DNA from: a candidate division FCPU426 bacterium
GTDB taxonomy: Bacteria; Oederibacteriota; Muellerivitia; Muellerivitales; Muellerivitaceae
DNA length: 10,842 bases
Direction of reading: 5' to 3'
Assembly (NCBI GenBank): GCA_963830915.1
Contig: CAWHOE010000041.1
Span: 1 to 10,842, forward strand
Under the pieces are notes generated by a model. The model was given only the letters and a program-made list of their open reading frames with translations, ran no database searches and had not been told where the DNA came from. The position numbers and the translations under genes are program-made. Of the stretch, positions 8,261 through 10,842 are shown in pieces; positions within the stretch are counted from its first letter, which is position 1; each line of letters begins with the position of its first letter.

Positions 8261-8771
8261 TCACGAGACGGCTTTAATGCCCGCCTGGCCGTCCACTTTC
8301 TTTCCCTGGATGAACAACAACCCCACTCGGGATGGCCCTTTCTCGCTAGCCCCATCGGGCAGTCGGCCGGAAAAGGAACCTGGGTTGAAAAAGAACGTCT
8401 CCCCGATCTGTCGGCTGGTGGGTTCAAAGTTGCAGCCATAAACGATGATCTGGACTGGGGCGTCCTCGAACTGCTTCAAAAGCCACTGTTTAAGCCCGTG
8501 GGGTTTTCCATAGCCGTGGACCAGGCCCATGGTGAGCGGTCCCTGTTTCCAGGCGATGCGCACGTAAAGGTCGGAACGAACGATGGAGCTTTCCGCGTTC
8601 CCGCACACCGCTTTGGTGGGGGCGATCTCCATCAATTGGTGGACTACCCTCATGTCGCCTACCGGCCCGGCATGCAGGATGGCGTCCACGCCCTTGAAGA
8701 CCTTTCGGAGCGAGCGGATTCTGTTCCATCGTCAGCACGCCTTGGGTATCGGCCAAAACACCGTAAACCAA
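8261..8771 (-). CDS. YfcE/Vps29-like calcineurin-fold metallophosphoesterase homolog with degenerate metal ligands, split by a +1 frameshift at about 8703-8720
   Basis: TTG start at 8771 with GGGAGG SD: MVYGVLADTQG... then second frame ...KVFKGVDAILHAGPVGD...AVCGNAE...LVHG...IIVYGCNFEP...FFNPGS. The motif order matches the family (SDxHG / HAGD / GNxD / HG / GHTH / NPGS). Confidence 0.85.
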
Positions 8772-8784
8772 GCCAACCTCCCTT

Positions 8785-8813
8785 TTGACAAGGCACTGGA
8801 TTAACTTTACACT
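8785..8813 (+). promoter_or_regulatory. Sigma70 promoter for the nadE-PTPS operon
   Basis: Consensus TTGACA (8785-8790), 17 nt, TACACT (8808-8813), about 30 nt before the nadE start. Confidence 0.75.
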
Positions 8814-8826
8814 AGCCGGACCTTGG

Positions 8827-8840
8827 TTGAGAAAGGTTTT
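8827..8840 (+). repeat. 14-nt direct repeat TTGAGAAAGGTTTT, copy 1 (contains nadE RBS)
   Basis: Identical to 10515-10528; ends 2 nt before the TTG start. Confidence 0.7.
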
Positions 8841-8842
8841 CC

Positions 8843-10492
8843 TTGAAGGTCGCCCTGTGTCAGATCAATACCACCGTGGGGGATTTCGACGGCAACGTCG
8901 GGAAGATATCGCTTTATTTGAAAAAAGCGAAGGCGGCCGGGTGCGGTATGGCCCTTTTCCCCGAACTGACCCTGACCGGCTATCCGCCCCGGGACCTGCT
9001 GGACCGTTTCTCCTTTTTCGAGTCCGCCCAAAAGGCCCTGGCCCGCGTGGCCAAGGAAGCCGTCGGGATCGTGGCCGTCGTCGGGACCATCCTGGAGAAC
9101 AAGGAATCCGGCAATCCTCTTTTCAACGCCGCTGTGGCCGTTAAGGACGGCCAGACGCTCCATACCTACAAAAAAGTCCTACTACCTAATTACGACGTCT
9201 TTGATGAGGCCCGATATTTCGCCCCGGCGCCCAAACCCGAACCTCCCTTCGTCTATCAAGGATTGCGGATCGCCGTCACCATTTGCGAGGATATCTGGAA
9301 CGTGGAGGGCGTTCTTTCCCACCGCCTATACGCCAAGGATCCGGTCGAGACCCTGGCCAAGGACAAACCGGACCTGGTCTTGAATCTTTCTGCATCTCCC
9401 TTCCACGCCGCCAAACTGACCGTCCGACAGAGGCTTCTGAAGGACGTCACCGCCAAAACCAAGGCTCCCATCCTTTATTGCAACCTGGTCGGCGGCAATG
9501 ACGAATTGATCTTCGACGGATGCAGCATGGTCATGGACTCGGGCGGAAACCTTTTTGACCTGGGTAAGAGTTTCGAGGAGGACCTGCTCATTTATGACAC
9601 GGAAAATCCTTCCATGAAACAGACGCCTCTCCCTGCCAGTGAGACCGCGCGCGTTTACCAGGCGCTGGTCACCGGGACCAGGGATTACGTGAGAAAGTGC
9701 GGTTTTGAGAAGGTCCTCATTGGTTTATCCGGCGGGATCGACTCGGCCCTGGTGGCGGCCCTGGCGGCGGAAGCCCTCGGCCCCGAGAATGTCATGGGGG
9801 TCACCATGCCGTCCCCCTTTTCTTCCAAAGGATCCATCGAGGATTCCCGCTCCCTGGCTTCCGCCCTGGGGATAGATTTCAAAGAGATCCCCATTACCCC
9901 TCTTTATGAGACCGCCCTGGCCAGTTTGAAACCTGTTTTCGGCGATAAGCCTTCCGATACCACCGAGGAAAACCTACAGGCCCGCATCCGGGGACTCATC
10001 CTGATGGCCCTTTCCAACAAATTCCGCCGTTTGGTCCTGTCCACCGGCAATAAAAGCGAGATGTCGGTAGGTTATTGCACCCTTTACGGGGATATGTGCG
10101 GAGGGTTGGCGGTGATCTCGGATGTGCCAAAGGTCATGGTCTATCAATTGGCTCAATACGCCAACCGAAAGGAACCGGTCATTCCCGATGCCGTTTTCAC
10201 CAAACCGCCTTCCGCCGAGTTGAAACCCAACCAGACCGACCAGGACAGCCTGCCTCCCTATGACATGCTGGATGGGGTGCTTCGCCTCTACATCGAGGAG
10301 AACCAGCCGCCGTTCAAGATCGAGAAAGCCGGTTTCGATAAAAAAATGGTCAAGGACATCCTGAGGATGATCAACGTCAACGAATACAAACGCCGGCAGA
10401 TGGCCCCGGGGTTGAAGGTCACGACCAAGGCCTTTGGGATCGGCCGCAGGGTTCCCATCGCCCAGAAGTTCCAGGAATCTTCCGAAAGCTGA
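8843..10492 (+). CDS. nadE: Glutamine-dependent NAD+ synthetase, 549 aa
   Basis: N-terminal nitrilase-fold glutaminase (FPEL..GYPPRDL, KKVLLPNYDVFDEARYF, ICED) fused to the synthetase domain (GLSGGIDS, ENLQARIRG, TGNKSE..VGYCTLYGD, PPSAELKPNQTDQDSLPPY, NEYKRRQ). TTG start with AAAGG SD. Confidence 0.97.
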   Translation: MKVALCQINTTVGDFDGNVGKISLYLKKAKAAGCGMALFPELTLTGYPPRDLLDRFSFFESAQKALARVAKEAVGIVAVVGTILENKESGNPLFNAAVAVKDGQTLHTYKKVLLPNYDVFDEARYFAPAPKPEPPFVYQGLRIAVTICEDIWNVEGVLSHRLYAKDPVETLAKDKPDLVLNLSASPFHAAKLTVRQRLLKDVTAKTKAPILYCNLVGGNDELIFDGCSMVMDSGGNLFDLGKSFEEDLLIYDTENPSMKQTPLPASETARVYQALVTGTRDYVRKCGFEKVLIGLSGGIDSALVAALAAEALGPENVMGVTMPSPFSSKGSIEDSRSLASALGIDFKEIPITPLYETALASLKPVFGDKPSDTTEENLQARIRGLILMALSNKFRRLVLSTGNKSEMSVGYCTLYGDMCGGLAVISDVPKVMVYQLAQYANRKEPVIPDAVFTKPPSAELKPNQTDQDSLPPYDMLDGVLRLYIEENQPPFKIEKAGFDKKMVKDILRMINVNEYKRRQMAPGLKVTTKAFGIGRRVPIAQKFQESSES

Positions 10493-10514
10493 TTTCCGCG
10501 TCCCCCAACTTTAT

Positions 10515-10528
10515 TTGAGAAAGGTTTT
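10515..10528 (+). repeat. 14-nt direct repeat TTGAGAAAGGTTTT, copy 2 (contains PTPS gene RBS)
   Basis: Identical to 8827-8840; ends 3 nt before ATG 10532. Confidence 0.7.
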
Positions 10529-10531
10529 GCC

Positions 10532-10842
10532 ATGAAGCAGCCGTTCATCGAACTGACCAAGGAAATATCCTTCGAGGCCGCCCATTACCTGCACAATCCT
10601 AAGTGGAACCGTAAAAAAAACATGGGGATCTTCAAGAAATGCTCGGGGTTCCGGGCGGACGATCCCAAGGCTTCCCAATATCCCCACGGCCATTCCTATC
10701 GGTTACGCGTGACGGTCAAGGGTCCGGTCCATCCGGAGACAGGATTCGTCATCGACTTCAAGAGCCTCAAGGAGATATTGCGGCGGGAAGTGTTCGAGCG
10801 GTTGGACCATCGATTCATCAACAAGGAAGTGGAACCCTTCAA
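10532..10842 (+). CDS. queD: 6-pyruvoyl-tetrahydropterin synthase / QueD family protein, 5' portion; runs off the window end and is absent from the ORF track
   Basis: Manual translation: MKQPFIELTKEISFEAAHYLHNPKWNRKKNMGIFKKCSGFRADDPKASQYPHGHSYRLRVTVKGPVHPETGFVIDFKSLKEILRREVFERLDHRFINKEVEPF. Contains FEAAH, HGHSY, GFVIDF and LDH motifs. Family is secure; subfamily and symbol are not. Confidence 0.88.
   Translation, partial: MKQPFIELTKEISFEAAHYLHNPKWNRKKNMGIFKKCSGFRADDPKASQYPHGHSYRLRVTVKGPVHPETGFVIDFKSLKEILRREVFERLDHRFINKEVEPF

Noticed and set aside
8210..8263. TGA read-through or selenocysteine: the frame stays open 16 codons past the TGA at 8261-8263 to a TGA overlapping the next ATG
   Set aside because: The domain is already complete, no SECIS-like hairpin is evident, TGA is a normal stop in nadE and lpdA, and the segment is better explained as an internal promoter.
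9701..9714. Third partial copy of the leader motif (TTGAGAAGGT) inside nadE
   Set aside because: It encodes the typical GFEKV peptide, is imperfect, and has no start codon in context.
10493..10531. preQ1 riboswitch upstream of the queD-like gene
   Set aside because: No preQ1-I stem-loop with a 3' A-rich tail; the spacer is only 39 nt.

Overview
Bacterial chromosomal window of mostly housekeeping genes, in order: gcvT (5' part, minus); an unknown 2-TM protein (minus); prfC/RF3 (plus); a YfhO-like polytopic membrane glycosyltransferase (minus); two translationally coupled ~60-aa paralogous CxxC-x18-CxxC microproteins; a small secreted protein; lpdA; a LipM/LplA-family lipoyl transferase; a YfcE/Vps29-fold metallophosphoesterase that has lost most metal ligands (all minus); then divergently nadE (Gln-dependent NAD+ synthetase) and a PTPS/QueD-family gene running off the end (plus). 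Three genes (prfC, the lipoyl transferase, the phosphoesterase) each carry one +1 frameshift, most simply explained by single-base insertion errors in the sequence. The best novelty candidates are: (1) the zinc-finger microprotein pair with its own ECF-type promoter candidate, palindrome and terminator; (2) a shared 14-nt, SD-occluding hairpin motif before both nadE and the PTPS gene; (3) the likely pseudo-phosphoesterase; (4) an unusual C-x14-HGH PTPS active-site loop. No rRNA, tRNA, CRISPR array or transposase was seen.
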